The notes: generated by a model not told the origin, from the sequence alone. Shown: positions 43,606 through 54,360, counted from the stretch's first letter. The stretch: DNA of 64,000 bases from an uncultured Planctomycetaceae bacterium (GCA_963833985.1 CAWIAD010000002.1:768001-832000); one strand, 5' to 3'. Made by a program: numbers and translations.

Positions 43606-46600
43606 ATGAAACAGTCCCCCTGGAAGCTCATTCTGATCATTGGTTCGGTGCTGGTCGGCCTGCTGGCCATGATCCCTCCTGACAAGAAGTTGAAGCTGGG
43701 CATCGACCTCTCGGGAGGGACGATCCTGGTGTACGAGGTGGCCAAGGAGAACCTCGGGCCCAACTTCAACATGGACGAGCTGATCGCGGCGCTCAAACAG
43801 CGGGCTGATCCGCAGGGCGTCAAGGAGACGCCAATCCGCAAGATTGGCAGCAACCGGATCGAGATCATTCTGCCGGCGGACAAGGAGGAGGACGTCGAGG
43901 AAGTCAAGAAGATGCTCACGGACGTGGGCTCACTCGAGTTCCGCATCCTCGCCAACCGCAAGCACGACTCGGCGGCGATCGAGCGCGCAATGGGGCCTCA
44001 GGGGCTGTCCAAGGTGCCCTCGCGGTACAAGTGGGCCCGGCTGGGCGAGATCTCCACCGGCAGTAGTCCGACGTTCACGGCCGATACGATCACCGACCTG
44101 CAACAGCACTGGAAGAGAGACCTGTACGCAGAGATCGACGTCATTCTCACCGGCAAGGTCGATCAGACGGGACCCGACCAGACCGTGAACATTCCGGTCA
44201 GCCGGAACACGGCCAACACGCTGACGCTGAAGCGCCCGCACGGACTGAAGTCGATCAGCTCGTACCGCATCGAGTACAACCCCAGTTCCATCCGTGGCGG
44301 CGATCCGAGCAATCCCCGGCCCACCGACCCGATTGTGCGCGAGGAAAAGATCTCGCCGGGCCGGACGGAAATCTACATCCTCTGCACACTGGACCGGCAG
44401 AACGTCACCGGCAGCTACCTGTCGCGCGCCTATTCGACCACGGATGAGAAGCTGCAACCGGCCGTCGGCTTCCAGTTCAACCGCCAGGGCGCCCGCAAGT
44501 TCGGCCAGCTCACTCGCGACCACCTTCCCGAGGAAGGTGATGCGTTCAAGTACCAGCTTGCCATCCTGCTGGACAACCTGGTGATGTCGGCCCCGTCGAT
44601 CAACTCGGAGATCCGTGACTCGGGAATCATCGAAGGGGGCGGACAGGGGTTCAAGCTCAAGGAAGTTCAGCACCTGATCAACATCCTTCAGGCCGGCAGC
44701 CTGCCGGCCAGCCTGAACCCGACGCCCGCCCAGGAGGAGAAGGTGGGCCCGACCCTGGGTGAGGACTCCATCGCCAAGGGCTGGCGCGCCATCTGGGTCT
44801 CCATGCTGGTCGTGCCCATTTTCATGGTCATCTACTACCGGTTCGCCGGCGTCGTGGCCGTCATCGCCCTGGTGGCCAACATGATCTTGCTGATCGGCAC
44901 CATGGCGTTCCTGCAAGCCACGTTCTCGCTGCCCGGGCTGGCCGGGCTGGCGCTCACCATCGGCATGGCCGTCGATGCCAACGTGCTCGTCTTCGAGCGC
45001 ATGCGTGAGGAGAAGGAGCGCGGGGCCAGCGTGGCGCAGCAGATCCGCAACGGGTTCAACCGCGCCTGGATCACCATCTTCGACTCGCACGTCACCAACT
45101 TGCTGGCCGCGATCGTGCTTTACGCCGTGGGCACCGAGGAAGTCAAGGGCTTCGCCCTGACGATGATCATCGGCATGCTCTGGAACCTGTACACGGCCGT
45201 GTTCATGTCGCGCGTGATCTTCGAGACGGCCTATTCCCAGGGCTGGCTCAAGGAGCTCCGCATGCTCAAGATGTGGGACAAGACCAACATCGACTTCATC
45301 GGCCCGCGCTATTACTGCATGGCCGGCTCGCTGATCCTCATCCTGCTGGGCCTGGTGGCCTTCTTCGCGCGCGGCCGGACGATGTACAACATCGACTTCA
45401 CGGGCGGGACACTTGTGACCATCCGGCTCAACGAGAACGATCCGACCGTGCAGTCGCTCTCCGAGTCGAGACGTGCCGAGTTCGTCCGCCAGAAGGCGAG
45501 CGTGCTGCCGGACGTCACCGTCGAGAGCTTGCGGGTGGGTAATGACGCCAAGCTGGCGCGGTTCAATATCCGCACGACGGCGACCGACCAGGAGTCGCAG
45601 GAAGAAAAGGACAAGGTCAAGAACAAGATCATCGAAGCGTTTGGCCCGGCCCTGGCCAAGGTGGAGATGACCGTGGGCGAGCCGAAACCCATTGCTCCGG
45701 AGGCCGCGCCGACGGCTGACGCGGCGAAATCCGGCCCCAACCTCACCACCCGGTTCGCGGGCGGCTGGGCGTATCCGCTCAGCTTCAACACCACGGCCTT
45801 CAACAGTACCCAGTCGCCCGCCGCGGTGGTCTCCGCGGAATTCGCCAAGGTCCTGGAAGCCGGCGGCATCGCCAACCCGACCACGCGCTTCGAGATCACC
45901 GAGCAAACCACCAAGGAGGCCGGGGTCGCCAGCACCGATCTGCTGCTGAAGACCAACCTCGAGCCGGATGTCGCCCAGGTTCACATCGCCAAGCTCAAGG
46001 ACTCGCTGGCCAGCAACCGCGACCTGCTCTTCGAGCGGATCACGATCTTCGGCGGCACAGTGGCCAGCGAGACGCGTACGCTGGCCCTCATCGCCACGGT
46101 GGCAAGCTGGGTGATCATCATCGTCTACCTCTGGTGGCGGTTCCACTCGTTCATCTACGGCCTGGCGGCCGTGCTCGCCGTGGTCCACGATGTCCTCATC
46201 ACCCTGGGCGCGATCGCGGTGAGTTACTGGCTGGCCCGGGTCCCGGTCATCAGCAGCATCCTCATGCTCGATCAGTTCAAGATCGACCTCCCCATCGTGG
46301 CTGCGTTCCTGACCTTGATCGGGTTCTCGGTGAACGACACGATCGTCATCTTCGACCGCATCCGCGAGATCAAGGGTAAGACCCCGCACCTGACCAACAA
46401 GATGGTCAACGACGCCATCAACCAGACGTTGAGCCGTACCATCTTGACTGCGTTCACCGCCTGGCTGGTGGTGGTCATCCTCTACATTCTGGGCGGCGAG
46501 GGCCTGCACGGCTTCGCCTTCGCCCTGGTCGTCGGCTTCCTGAGCGGCACCTACAGCACGGTCTACATCGCGACCCCCATCCTCATCGACTGGGTGGGCA

Positions 46601-46653
46601 CCAAGACCGAGCCGGCCAAGACCGGCGAGAAGAAGCTGGCCAAGGCCCAGTGA
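43606..46653 (+). CDS. secDF: protein translocase SecD/SecF fusion
   Basis: Motifs LGIDLSGG, VGPTLG, TIGMAVDANVLVFERMREE, IDFTGG and GFSVNDTIVIFDRIRE. Confidence 0.96.
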   Translation: MKQSPWKLILIIGSVLVGLLAMIPPDKKLKLGIDLSGGTILVYEVAKENLGPNFNMDELIAALKQRADPQGVKETPIRKIGSNRIEIILPADKEEDVEEVKKMLTDVGSLEFRILANRKHDSAAIERAMGPQGLSKVPSRYKWARLGEISTGSSPTFTADTITDLQQHWKRDLYAEIDVILTGKVDQTGPDQTVNIPVSRNTANTLTLKRPHGLKSISSYRIEYNPSSIRGGDPSNPRPTDPIVREEKISPGRTEIYILCTLDRQNVTGSYLSRAYSTTDEKLQPAVGFQFNRQGARKFGQLTRDHLPEEGDAFKYQLAILLDNLVMSAPSINSEIRDSGIIEGGGQGFKLKEVQHLINILQAGSLPASLNPTPAQEEKVGPTLGEDSIAKGWRAIWVSMLVVPIFMVIYYRFAGVVAVIALVANMILLIGTMAFLQATFSLPGLAGLALTIGMAVDANVLVFERMREEKERGASVAQQIRNGFNRAWITIFDSHVTNLLAAIVLYAVGTEEVKGFALTMIIGMLWNLYTAVFMSRVIFETAYSQGWLKELRMLKMWDKTNIDFIGPRYYCMAGSLILILLGLVAFFARGRTMYNIDFTGGTLVTIRLNENDPTVQSLSESRRAEFVRQKASVLPDVTVESLRVGNDAKLARFNIRTTATDQESQEEKDKVKNKIIEAFGPALAKVEMTVGEPKPIAPEAAPTADAAKSGPNLTTRFAGGWAYPLSFNTTAFNSTQSPAAVVSAEFAKVLEAGGIANPTTRFEITEQTTKEAGVASTDLLLKTNLEPDVAQVHIAKLKDSLASNRDLLFERITIFGGTVASETRTLALIATVASWVIIIVYLWWRFHSFIYGLAAVLAVVHDVLITLGAIAVSYWLARVPVISSILMLDQFKIDLPIVAAFLTLIGFSVNDTIVIFDRIREIKGKTPHLTNKMVNDAINQTLSRTILTAFTAWLVVVILYILGGEGLHGFAFALVVGFLSGTYSTVYIATPILIDWVGTKTEPAKTGEKKLAKAQ

Positions 46654-46715
46654 GCCGCAACGTCCGCCATGCGGGCAGCGGAGATCAATCTCCCTTGCCC
46701 GCACGGCGCCGCGCC

Positions 46716-46768
46716 TTGACACGCCGTCGAAGACAGTTGTAGGATGAACGATATCCTGACAATTGTCA
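46716..46768 (+). promoter_or_regulatory. sigma70-like promoter with a downstream perfect palindrome (putative operator)
   Basis: TTGACA (46716)-18 nt-TAGGAT (46740), then TGACAATTGTCA at 46757-46768. Confidence 0.5.
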
Positions 46769-46785
46769 TGGGGGCGTGCCAATCG

Positions 46786-48027
46786 ATGCTGTATCTCACT
46801 CGACAAACCTGGGCGATCGCCGGCGTGATCGTCCTGGCGCTGGCCATGGCGACCGCTGTGCCGGCGGCCGAACCTGATGCCGCGTCCCTGGTGCGCCAGG
46901 CCCGCGAGCAGGAAGCATGGATCGAGCGCGTGCACAGCCTTCAGATCGAGGCCGTGCAGCACTGGACGCGAACTCCAGAAGGGCTTGAGAAGTTACGCCG
47001 GCAGGCCGAGGCGGATTTCCCGGGAAGCCGTTTTGAGACCGACCCCAACTCCCGCCCGCATTGCAAGTGGACCATCGATTTCGCTTACGACCGGACGCGC
47101 GTCAGGGTCCGTCTTCAGGATGAGGGCTACTCCGACGACCTGCGTCTCTGGGACGGAAAACGCTTCGTCTTCCAAAACCGCTACGCCGACTGGCCCGGAC
47201 TTCGACCGGACCAGGACGCCACCTTGATCGCCAGCAAGCCCGGGACCTGGCTCTCCGGCCAGGGCTGGAGCTACTTTGCCAGCTTCCGCGCCGGGCCGCA
47301 CAGCTTCTGGTGGAACAGTCCGCAAGAGCGCGCCGATATCGAACGGATGAGTCCCAGGCCCGAGGATTTCGCCTACGAGGGCCAGGCGGACTTCCACGGC
47401 ATGACGTGCCATGTCGTGAGCCACTGGGACTCGTGGACGAGCCTGTTCATCGGTGTCGGCGACGGCCGGCTGCACGGCATCAGGTCCGGAGCACAGACCT
47501 CGAGGAAGCTCAAACGATCACTCATCGAGCTTTATCGCGCGGTGGGTCGTCAAGTTGCCGACGAGCAAGACATGGAGCGACAGGCCTCGAAGGTCACCGC
47601 CGAGGAGCGGGCCAAGGTGCGCCGGCTCGGCTCGGCGCGGTTGACGCAGCTCATCGACCCATGCTTCGAATTCCAGATCTCGCTGTACAAGGAGATTGCG
47701 CCCGGCTGCCGCATTCCCCTGGTTCAGTCCACCTGCTTTTTCGAGGTCGACCGGAATGGCGATGCGTTCGAAGCCTCGAGCGATGAGATGCATATTCTCA
47801 AAGTCAAGGTGAACGAACCCCTCCCCGACGCCCTCTTCGCCGTGAGCTTCAAGCAGGGCGAGCGGATCGAGGACCAGACCGTCGATCCGCCGCTCTCCTA
47901 CCGCTACAAGGCCAACATCACGCCCGGGGAATGGGCCGCGATTCGCGCCGAAGCCCGAACGAAGGCCCAGGCACGCCGCGATCGAGAGCGTGCTCGCGCA
48001 GCACAGATGAAGCGGCCGGGCCGGTGA
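46786..48027 (+). CDS. secreted hypothetical protein, possibly LolA-like beta fold
   Basis: Signal peptide and beta-rich body ending in KVNEPLPDALF. Start may be 46744 or 46786. Confidence 0.6.
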   Translation: MLYLTRQTWAIAGVIVLALAMATAVPAAEPDAASLVRQAREQEAWIERVHSLQIEAVQHWTRTPEGLEKLRRQAEADFPGSRFETDPNSRPHCKWTIDFAYDRTRVRVRLQDEGYSDDLRLWDGKRFVFQNRYADWPGLRPDQDATLIASKPGTWLSGQGWSYFASFRAGPHSFWWNSPQERADIERMSPRPEDFAYEGQADFHGMTCHVVSHWDSWTSLFIGVGDGRLHGIRSGAQTSRKLKRSLIELYRAVGRQVADEQDMERQASKVTAEERAKVRRLGSARLTQLIDPCFEFQISLYKEIAPGCRIPLVQSTCFFEVDRNGDAFEASSDEMHILKVKVNEPLPDALFAVSFKQGERIEDQTVDPPLSYRYKANITPGEWAAIRAEARTKAQARRDRERARAAQMKRPGR

Positions 48028-48053
48028 CGGCGGGCGCGAGGGCGGCCCGCCGT
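48027..48053. terminator. GC hairpin between convergent genes
   Basis: ACGGCGGGC-9nt-GCCCGCCGT. Confidence 0.4.
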
Positions 48054-48077
48054 GCATGAACCGGCGTTGCTCCCAGC

Positions 48078-48901
48078 TCACGCGAAGACCTGCGAGATCC
48101 CCTCGGAAAAGAGGTCCAGCTCCCCGATCTGCCGCAGTCCGAAGAAAGCGGTCAGGGCCAGCTCGATGGCGATCACCAGGGGAAGCGGCGGATGGATCAC
48201 GAGAAAGAGCAGACCGAGCAGCAGTGCCATGCCCAGGGCGCGCAGCAGCGTGCCCCGATTCAGGACCATCGCCTCGGAGTCTTCAATCCGGCGCAGCAGT
48301 TCGGCCAGGCGAGGCATCTTCTCGATCCAGCGGCGGAACGTGGTGGACGAGCGGGCGAAATAATGGGCCGAGATCACAAAGAACGGCGCCGAGGGGATAC
48401 CCGGCACGATCACTCCGGAGATCGCGCAGAGCAGCGAGGCCCCACCCAGCGCCAGATAATTCCAGCGATCCGCCTCGAGGGCGACCACCGACGCGGGAGC
48501 CGGCTGCGGATGTGCCGGTTGTGGACGACTGCCGGGTTTGAGCACACCGCCAGCACGGCCCGCGTTCCAGGCATTGGCGCCGCACCAATGGCCAGCGTCA
48601 CGCGGCGGGCAAGCTCGTGCTCGTCGAACCGGCTGGACTCGAACTGGAACCGGCACGAGTGAGCCAGCAGATCCAGCTCAACATGCAGCGCGCCGTGTTC
48701 GTGCATCGCGGCATCGCCGAGTGCCCGACAGAAACTCTCGTTGCCTTTTCGGAACATGCGCGCATCCACGATTTCCAGGACTCCCGCGGCCCGGTCGCAG
48801 CGGACGGTGAGCGCGGACGGCGCATCCTCGCGGACCACGACGCTGCCGCCGGATGATGGCTCCCTGGCCCCGGTCGAACTGGCCGGCGCCAGATCTGACA
48901 T
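48078..48901 (-). CDS. DUF454/YbaN-like membrane protein with an extra N-terminal domain; 1-nt frameshift near 48580
   Basis: G..VPGIPSAPFFVISAHYFARSS..FRRW motif; the upstream frame encodes a soluble domain. Confidence 0.65.
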
Positions 48902-49175
48902 GATTCGATTCAGCCAGGGGACCTCTTGAAGCAGACTCGCAATCCCCGAGATCGGAACCCGGCCAGCCAGCAGCATGGTATTTCCATTCATATGCGTAAT
49001 CCGCTGATAAATGAGATGAACGGGATGATCCGGCCACGCGGTCCTGCGCGGCGGTATTCTCTACTTGCAGCGGGCACGACCCCGGGGATCCGGAATCCCG
49101 CATCGACTTCGCCTGGCCAGTGCCGCCGAGCCTCTCGTGAGGCACCTCGTGCTGGAGGAGCACACACGCCATCGC

Positions 49176-49538
49176 TCAGCAAACGAGCGGAGCACGCCAG
49201 GCGCGGGCGGTCATGAAATGGATGGGCATGTGGGGAACAGGCACTGGCCTCGACAACGAGCCCAAAACCTGGTGGCAGGATCGAGGCGGCGCGCCGGCCT
49301 GGCGGCAGTCGTCCTCGTTGTCATTCTCGTCGCGATCGACGAAATGACTGGAGTCAACGATCCGCTCCGTGTCCCGGCTGAATGCAGCCTCCGGCAATCC
49401 CGTGAGGCTGATCGGTGAGCGGAGGTGAATAAGGGCTGCCGGCGCGTTCCCGTCACCCATCCGCGCATGGCAGGGTTTCGCGCAGGTGGTGCTTCCTGCG
49501 AGCAGAATACCGAGCAGTACAGGAACCCGGGACATGAG
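49176..49538 (-). CDS. small hypothetical protein with signal-like N-terminus
   Basis: MSRVPVLLGILLAG...; ORF only, no family motif. Confidence 0.35.
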   Translation of the reverse strand, partial: LMSRVPVLLGILLAGSTTCAKPCHARMGDGNAPAALIHLRSPISLTGLPEAAFSRDTERIVDSSHFVDRDENDNEDDCRQAGAPPRSCHQVLGSLSRPVPVPHMPIHFMTARAWRAPLVC

Positions 49539-49677
49539 TGAAACCATCCTCACCTGGGAGCACCTGGACTGCGTACGCCGCTCAATCCGTGGTTATTCTT
49601 TCGGCTTTTCCGGAATCTGTCTACCGGGATTTTCGCGATTCCGCGGGTCCTGATGCTGCCTCCCCGAGCGGGCTGGA

Positions 49678-50499
49678 TCACCGTCCTTCCTGAGGGCCGC
49701 GCAGCACCTGTCCGCCAAAAAGCTGCCTCACTTGCTGGCCGTCGTGAATCCAGAGCGCTCCCTGGGCATCGATCTGGAGCGCACTTGCGGTGAACACGGC
49801 CGGGCCCAGCGCGACGCGGATGGTCTCGCCGCGCAGCAGGTTAAGCTGGTCCCAGCGCTCGGCAAGCGTGGAATCATCGGCGGCCAGGCGAGGGAGTTCA
49901 TGTTCAAGCTGCGCCAGGATCTCGGCGAGAAGGGTATGCAGGATGTCCGGCTCCAGAGGTTGCGTCTGCAAGTCGGCCAGCGACGTGGCCATCACACGAA
50001 CCTCGGCCGGCGCCTCCGCCATGCGGGTCAGGACGTTCAGTCCCAGGCCGATAAGCACGCGCGGACCGCCCGTCGTCTGAATTCGTTCGGGGAGGATTCC
50101 ACCCAGCTTGCGGCCCTCGACCTGGATGTCGTTGGGCCAGCGGATGCCGATGCCCGGAACGGACAGGCCGAGTGCCCGCACGGCCTCGATCACCGCCAAG
50201 GCGGTCAGGAGGGCCAGGCGCGGCTCGTGGTCGGTTCGCAGCCCGTGCGCGGCGGGGTCGAGCGCCAGGGTGAACGTGAGCGAGCCTTCGTCGGACCACC
50301 ACGCGTTCTCGCCGCGGCCGCGGCCGCGGGTCTGGCGGTCGGCCCGGACCAGCAGGGGAAGCTCGTCAAAGCCCGCGAGCAGCATCTCCCGGGCCAGGTT
50401 GCTCGTGGAATCGACGACAGCGCGGTGGATCACCGCGCGGACGAACGGCGGCGCAGTCCCAGCCGTCGCGATGTTCCAGCCCGGCCCATTTTTCGTCAT
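49678..50499 (-). CDS. birA: biotin-protein ligase
   Basis: Motifs DSTS, QTRGRGR, WPNDI and RKLGGIL.E; directly downstream of pyc. Confidence 0.9.
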   Translation of the reverse strand: MTKNGPGWNIATAGTAPPFVRAVIHRAVVDSTSNLAREMLLAGFDELPLLVRADRQTRGRGRGENAWWSDEGSLTFTLALDPAAHGLRTDHEPRLALLTALAVIEAVRALGLSVPGIGIRWPNDIQVEGRKLGGILPERIQTTGGPRVLIGLGLNVLTRMAEAPAEVRVMATSLADLQTQPLEPDILHTLLAEILAQLEHELPRLAADDSTLAERWDQLNLLRGETIRVALGPAVFTASALQIDAQGALWIHDGQQVRQLFGGQVLRGPQEGR

Positions 50500-50505
50500 G
50501 TTCCG

Positions 50506-53500
50506 TCACTCGTCCGTCAGCTTGAGCAGCAGGTCGCCAGCCTTGACCTGAAGACCGACCGATGCAATCACCTCGGAGACGCGCCCGGGCCGTTCGGCAT
50601 AGAGGGTGGTCTCCATCTTCATGGCTTCCATCGAGAGCAGCTTCTGGCCCTTCCGCACGCGGTCGCCGGCCGAGACGGCCACGCCGACGACCAGGCCGGG
50701 CAGGGGAGCGCCGAGCTGGTTGGGGTCCGAGGGGTCGGCCCTGGGAGTTTCGCGGATCGACGAGGCTAGCGAGCGGTCGAGCACCTCGACCTCCCGGGGC
50801 TGGCCGTTGAGCTCGAAGAAGACGGTCCTCTTGCCGTCCGTATGGGGCTCGCCCACAGCCAGTAACTTGACGATGAGCGTTTTCCCTTCTTCGATGTCCA
50901 GCTTGACCTCCTCGCCCGGCTCCAGACCGAAGAAGAAGACGGGCGTCGGCAGGATCGACGTATCCGAATAGGCACGCTGATGGGAGGCCAGGTCGGGAAA
51001 GACACGGGGATAGAGGACGTAGCTGAGTGCATCGCGCATGCCGGCGGCAGTGCCCAGCAGCGCGGATGCCTTCTCTCGGGCTGCGTCCAGGTCGGCCGGA
51101 GGCAGGCTTGCGCCGGGACGGTCCACAAGTGCGGTCCGGCCCTTGAGCACGCGGCTTTGCAGCTCGGGAGGGAAACCGCCCGGAGGCTGGCCCAGCCGCC
51201 CCTCGAAGAACTCGATGACGCTCTCCGGGAAGGCGAGCTCGCGCTCGGGGTCCAGCGTGTCCTCCGGCGTGAGGTCGTTGGCCACGAGGAAGAGCGCCAT
51301 GTCGCCCACGACCTTCGATGACGGCGTCACCTTGACGATGTCGCCGAAGAGCAGGTTTACCTGGCTGTACGCGTTGCAGACCTCACGCCAGCGCGGGGCC
51401 AGCCCCAGCGCCTTGGCTTGCTGGAACAGGTTGGTGTACTGGCCTCCGGGCATCTCCAGGTCGTAGAGATCGGCGGCCGGCGACCGCGGCCCGGACTCGA
51501 ACGGAGCGTACATGCTACGCACCTCGTCCCAGTAGCGGCTGATCTCGATGAGCGCGCGATGGTCGATGCCGCACTCGCGCGGGTTGAAGCGGAGCGACTC
51601 GACCACGGCGCTGAGGCTGGGTTGCGAAGTCAGGCCGGACATCGACGCCATCGCCCCGTCGGCGACGTCCAGGCCTACCTCAGCGCCCTGAAGGATACTG
51701 GCCGCCTGGGCGCCGCCGATGTCGTGCGTGTGGAAGTGCACCGGCAATCCCACTTCCTGGCGGAGGGTCTCGATCAGCTTCCTGGCGGCGTATGGCTTGC
51801 AAAGGCCGGCCATGTCCTTGATGGCGATCAGGTTGGCCCCGCGCTTCTCCAGCGCTCGGGCCATCGTGACGTAGTACTTCAGATCGTACTTGGGACGTGC
51901 GGGATCGAGGATGTCTCCGGTGTAGCAGATGGCTGCCTCGCAGAGCGCACCGGACTCGCGCACGGCTTCCATGGTGCGCTCCATGTTGGGCACCCAGTTG
52001 AGCGAGTCGAACACCCGGAACAGGTCGATGCCCGCAGCCGCGGACTCCTTCACGAAGGTCGCGACCACGTTGTCCGGATAGCTCGTGTAACCGACCGCGT
52101 TCGAGCCCCGGATGAGCATCTGGAAGAGGATGTTGGGAATCTTCTCGCGGAGCTGAGCCAGGCGATCCCACGGATCTTCCTTGAGGAACCGCATGGCTGT
52201 GTCGAACGTGGCGCCGCCCCACATCTCGATGGAGAACAGGTTCGGCAGGAGCCGCGCGTAGGCCTCGGCCGCGCGAAGCATGTCGCGGGTGCGCAGGCGA
52301 GTGGCCAGCAGCGACTGATGGGCGTCTCGGAAGGTCGTATCGGTGAGCAGCAGAGGCTGCTGCTCGCGCACCCAGCGCGCGAACGCCTCGGCGCCCAGGG
52401 ACTGAAAGCGCTGCCGCGAGCCGTCGGCCAGGGGCTCAAGGTGGTTCGATGCCGGCGGCTGGGGTTCGTGGAACAGGTTCGCGTACCCGTCCTGCTTGAT
52501 TCCGGGAAAGCCGTTGACCCGGACCTCCGCGGCGTAAGTGAGCAGCCTGGTCGCCCGATCCTGCCGCTGGATGAGCCGGAACAGTTCTGGCGTCTGGTCG
52601 ATGAACCGGGTGGTGCAGCGCCCTTCCAGGAACGTGGGGTGGGTGACCACGTTGAGCAGGAACGGGATGTTCGTCTTCACGCCGCGGATGCGGAATTCCT
52701 GCAAGGCCCGCTCCATCTTCAGGGCGGCGTCCCGGAACCGTCGCGCATAGGCGGAGACCTTCACCAGCAGCGAATCGTAGAACGGCGTGATGATCGCCCC
52801 GGTCGTCGTCGACCCGCCGTCCAGCCGCAGCCCGGGACCGCCGGAGGAGCGATAGTGCGTGATCCGCCCGTAATCGGGTGTGAAGTTGTTGGTCGGGTCC
52901 TCGGAGGTGATCCGGCACTGGATGGCATGTCCCTGCACCTGGATCGACTCCTGGCCGTCGATGCTGATGTCCGGATCGGCCAGCTCGCGGCCCTGGGCGA
53001 TGAGGATCTGACTCTTGACAATGTCAATGCCGGTGATGATCTCCGTGATCGTGTGCTCCACCTGGAGCCGAGGATTGACCTCGATGAAGTGGAACGCACC
53101 GGTCTCATCGTCGACCAGGAACTCCACCGTCCCGGCGTTCTGGTAGTTCACCTTGCGGCCCATCGCAAGGGCCGCCTGGCAGATCGAGTCGCGCACGAAG
53201 GGATCCACGTTGGCGGCGGGGGCGATCTCGATCACTTTCTGGTGCCGGCGCTGGATCGAGCAATCGCGCTCGTACAGATGCACCAGCCGCCCGTGCTGAT
53301 CGCCTAGTAGCTGCACCTCGATGTGCTTGGCGCGGCGGATGAATTTCTCCAGGAACACGTCCGGGCAGCCGAAAGCATTCTGCGCCTCGCGCCGCGCCTG
53401 GTCGAGCGCGGGGTCGAGCGCATCGGCCGTTTCCACGACGCGCATGCCGCGCCCGCCTCCGCCCATCGACGCTTTGACGATCACCGGATACCCCAGCGCC

Positions 53501-53955
53501 TCGGCCACCTGGTGGGCCTCCGGCCCCGGTGTGACGGGCGCGTCGCTGCCGGCGAGGATGGGCACGCCGGCCTCACGCGCCAGGCTCCGCGCGGCCACCT
53601 TGTCGCCCAGCAGGTCCAGCAGCTCCGGCGGCGGCCCGATGAAGACGATTCCCGCCTGTGCACAGGCGCGTGCGAACTCGGCGTTCTCGGACAGAAAGCC
53701 ATACCCGGGATGGATGGCGTCGACCTGTTTCTCCCGCGCCAGATCCACGATCGCGGCGATATCCAGGTAGCTGCGGATCGGCTCGCCGGCGTTCCCCACC
53801 TGGTACGCCTCGTCGGCCTTGAGCCGGTGCAGCGCGAAGCGATCCTCATGCGAGTAGATCGCCACGGTGCGGATTCCCAGCTCATGCGCCGAGCGAAAAA
53901 TGCGAATGGCAATCTCGCCGCGATTGGCCACCATCAGCTTGCGAAACGCTGTCAT
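50506..53955 (-). CDS. pyc: pyruvate carboxylase
   Basis: Motifs ANRGEIA, ERDCSIQRRHQK, DTTFRDAHQSLLATR, WGGATFD, HFHTHD and biotinyl EAMKME. Confidence 0.98.
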   Translation of the reverse strand: MTAFRKLMVANRGEIAIRIFRSAHELGIRTVAIYSHEDRFALHRLKADEAYQVGNAGEPIRSYLDIAAIVDLAREKQVDAIHPGYGFLSENAEFARACAQAGIVFIGPPPELLDLLGDKVAARSLAREAGVPILAGSDAPVTPGPEAHQVAEALGYPVIVKASMGGGGRGMRVVETADALDPALDQARREAQNAFGCPDVFLEKFIRRAKHIEVQLLGDQHGRLVHLYERDCSIQRRHQKVIEIAPAANVDPFVRDSICQAALAMGRKVNYQNAGTVEFLVDDETGAFHFIEVNPRLQVEHTITEIITGIDIVKSQILIAQGRELADPDISIDGQESIQVQGHAIQCRITSEDPTNNFTPDYGRITHYRSSGGPGLRLDGGSTTTGAIITPFYDSLLVKVSAYARRFRDAALKMERALQEFRIRGVKTNIPFLLNVVTHPTFLEGRCTTRFIDQTPELFRLIQRQDRATRLLTYAAEVRVNGFPGIKQDGYANLFHEPQPPASNHLEPLADGSRQRFQSLGAEAFARWVREQQPLLLTDTTFRDAHQSLLATRLRTRDMLRAAEAYARLLPNLFSIEMWGGATFDTAMRFLKEDPWDRLAQLREKIPNILFQMLIRGSNAVGYTSYPDNVVATFVKESAAAGIDLFRVFDSLNWVPNMERTMEAVRESGALCEAAICYTGDILDPARPKYDLKYYVTMARALEKRGANLIAIKDMAGLCKPYAARKLIETLRQEVGLPVHFHTHDIGGAQAASILQGAEVGLDVADGAMASMSGLTSQPSLSAVVESLRFNPRECGIDHRALIEISRYWDEVRSMYAPFESGPRSPAADLYDLEMPGGQYTNLFQQAKALGLAPRWREVCNAYSQVNLLFGDIVKVTPSSKVVGDMALFLVANDLTPEDTLDPERELAFPESVIEFFEGRLGQPPGGFPPELQSRVLKGRTALVDRPGASLPPADLDAAREKASALLGTAAGMRDALSYVLYPRVFPDLASHQRAYSDTSILPTPVFFFGLEPGEEVKLDIEEGKTLIVKLLAVGEPHTDGKRTVFFELNGQPREVEVLDRSLASSIRETPRADPSDPNQLGAPLPGLVVGVAVSAGDRVRKGQKLLSMEAMKMETTLYAERPGRVSEVIASVGLQVKAGDLLLKLTDE

Positions 53956-54026
53956 CAAACCATCCCGACAGGAGAACCCGGTGCACGGCGTCTTTGGCCG
54001 GGGGAGAGATCCAGCCCTTCCTCGAT

Positions 54027-54092
54027 CGTGACCCTGCCCGTCAGGGCATGGTTCGGACGGGTGTAGCCCCCAACCTCGGGCGTCAGCCCGAC
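54027..54092 (+). repeat. dispersed third copy of the multi-hairpin element
   Basis: Gap-free alignment with 33093-33158, including AGCCCCCAACCTCGGGCGT(C/G)AGCCCGAC. Confidence 0.85.
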
Positions 54093-54360
54093 AACACGGT
54101 GAGCATCATCAAGGCGATTGGATTATGCCCGAACACAAGTCCGGAGATCATCCCCAATCGGGAATCCGGGCGCGGACGGGGGGGGCGTCGAGCTTGTGAC
54201 GACGCACCGCCGGGCGCCAGACGCCAGCAAGCGGTGCCTGTTTCTGACGCGCCCCACTACCACTGTTCGCTGCTGGTATTCTCTGGAGACTCTCAGTAAC
54301 CGCGACGTTGAAGCGGAACTCGCCAGGGATCGTCGCCTTCCGGTGGGGACGAGCTTGGGG

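Noticed and set aside
49176..49553. C-terminal RAP in a small ORF as a RAPP-type arrest peptide
   Set aside because: The motif is RAPL, not RAPP/RAGP, and the ORF itself is weakly supported.
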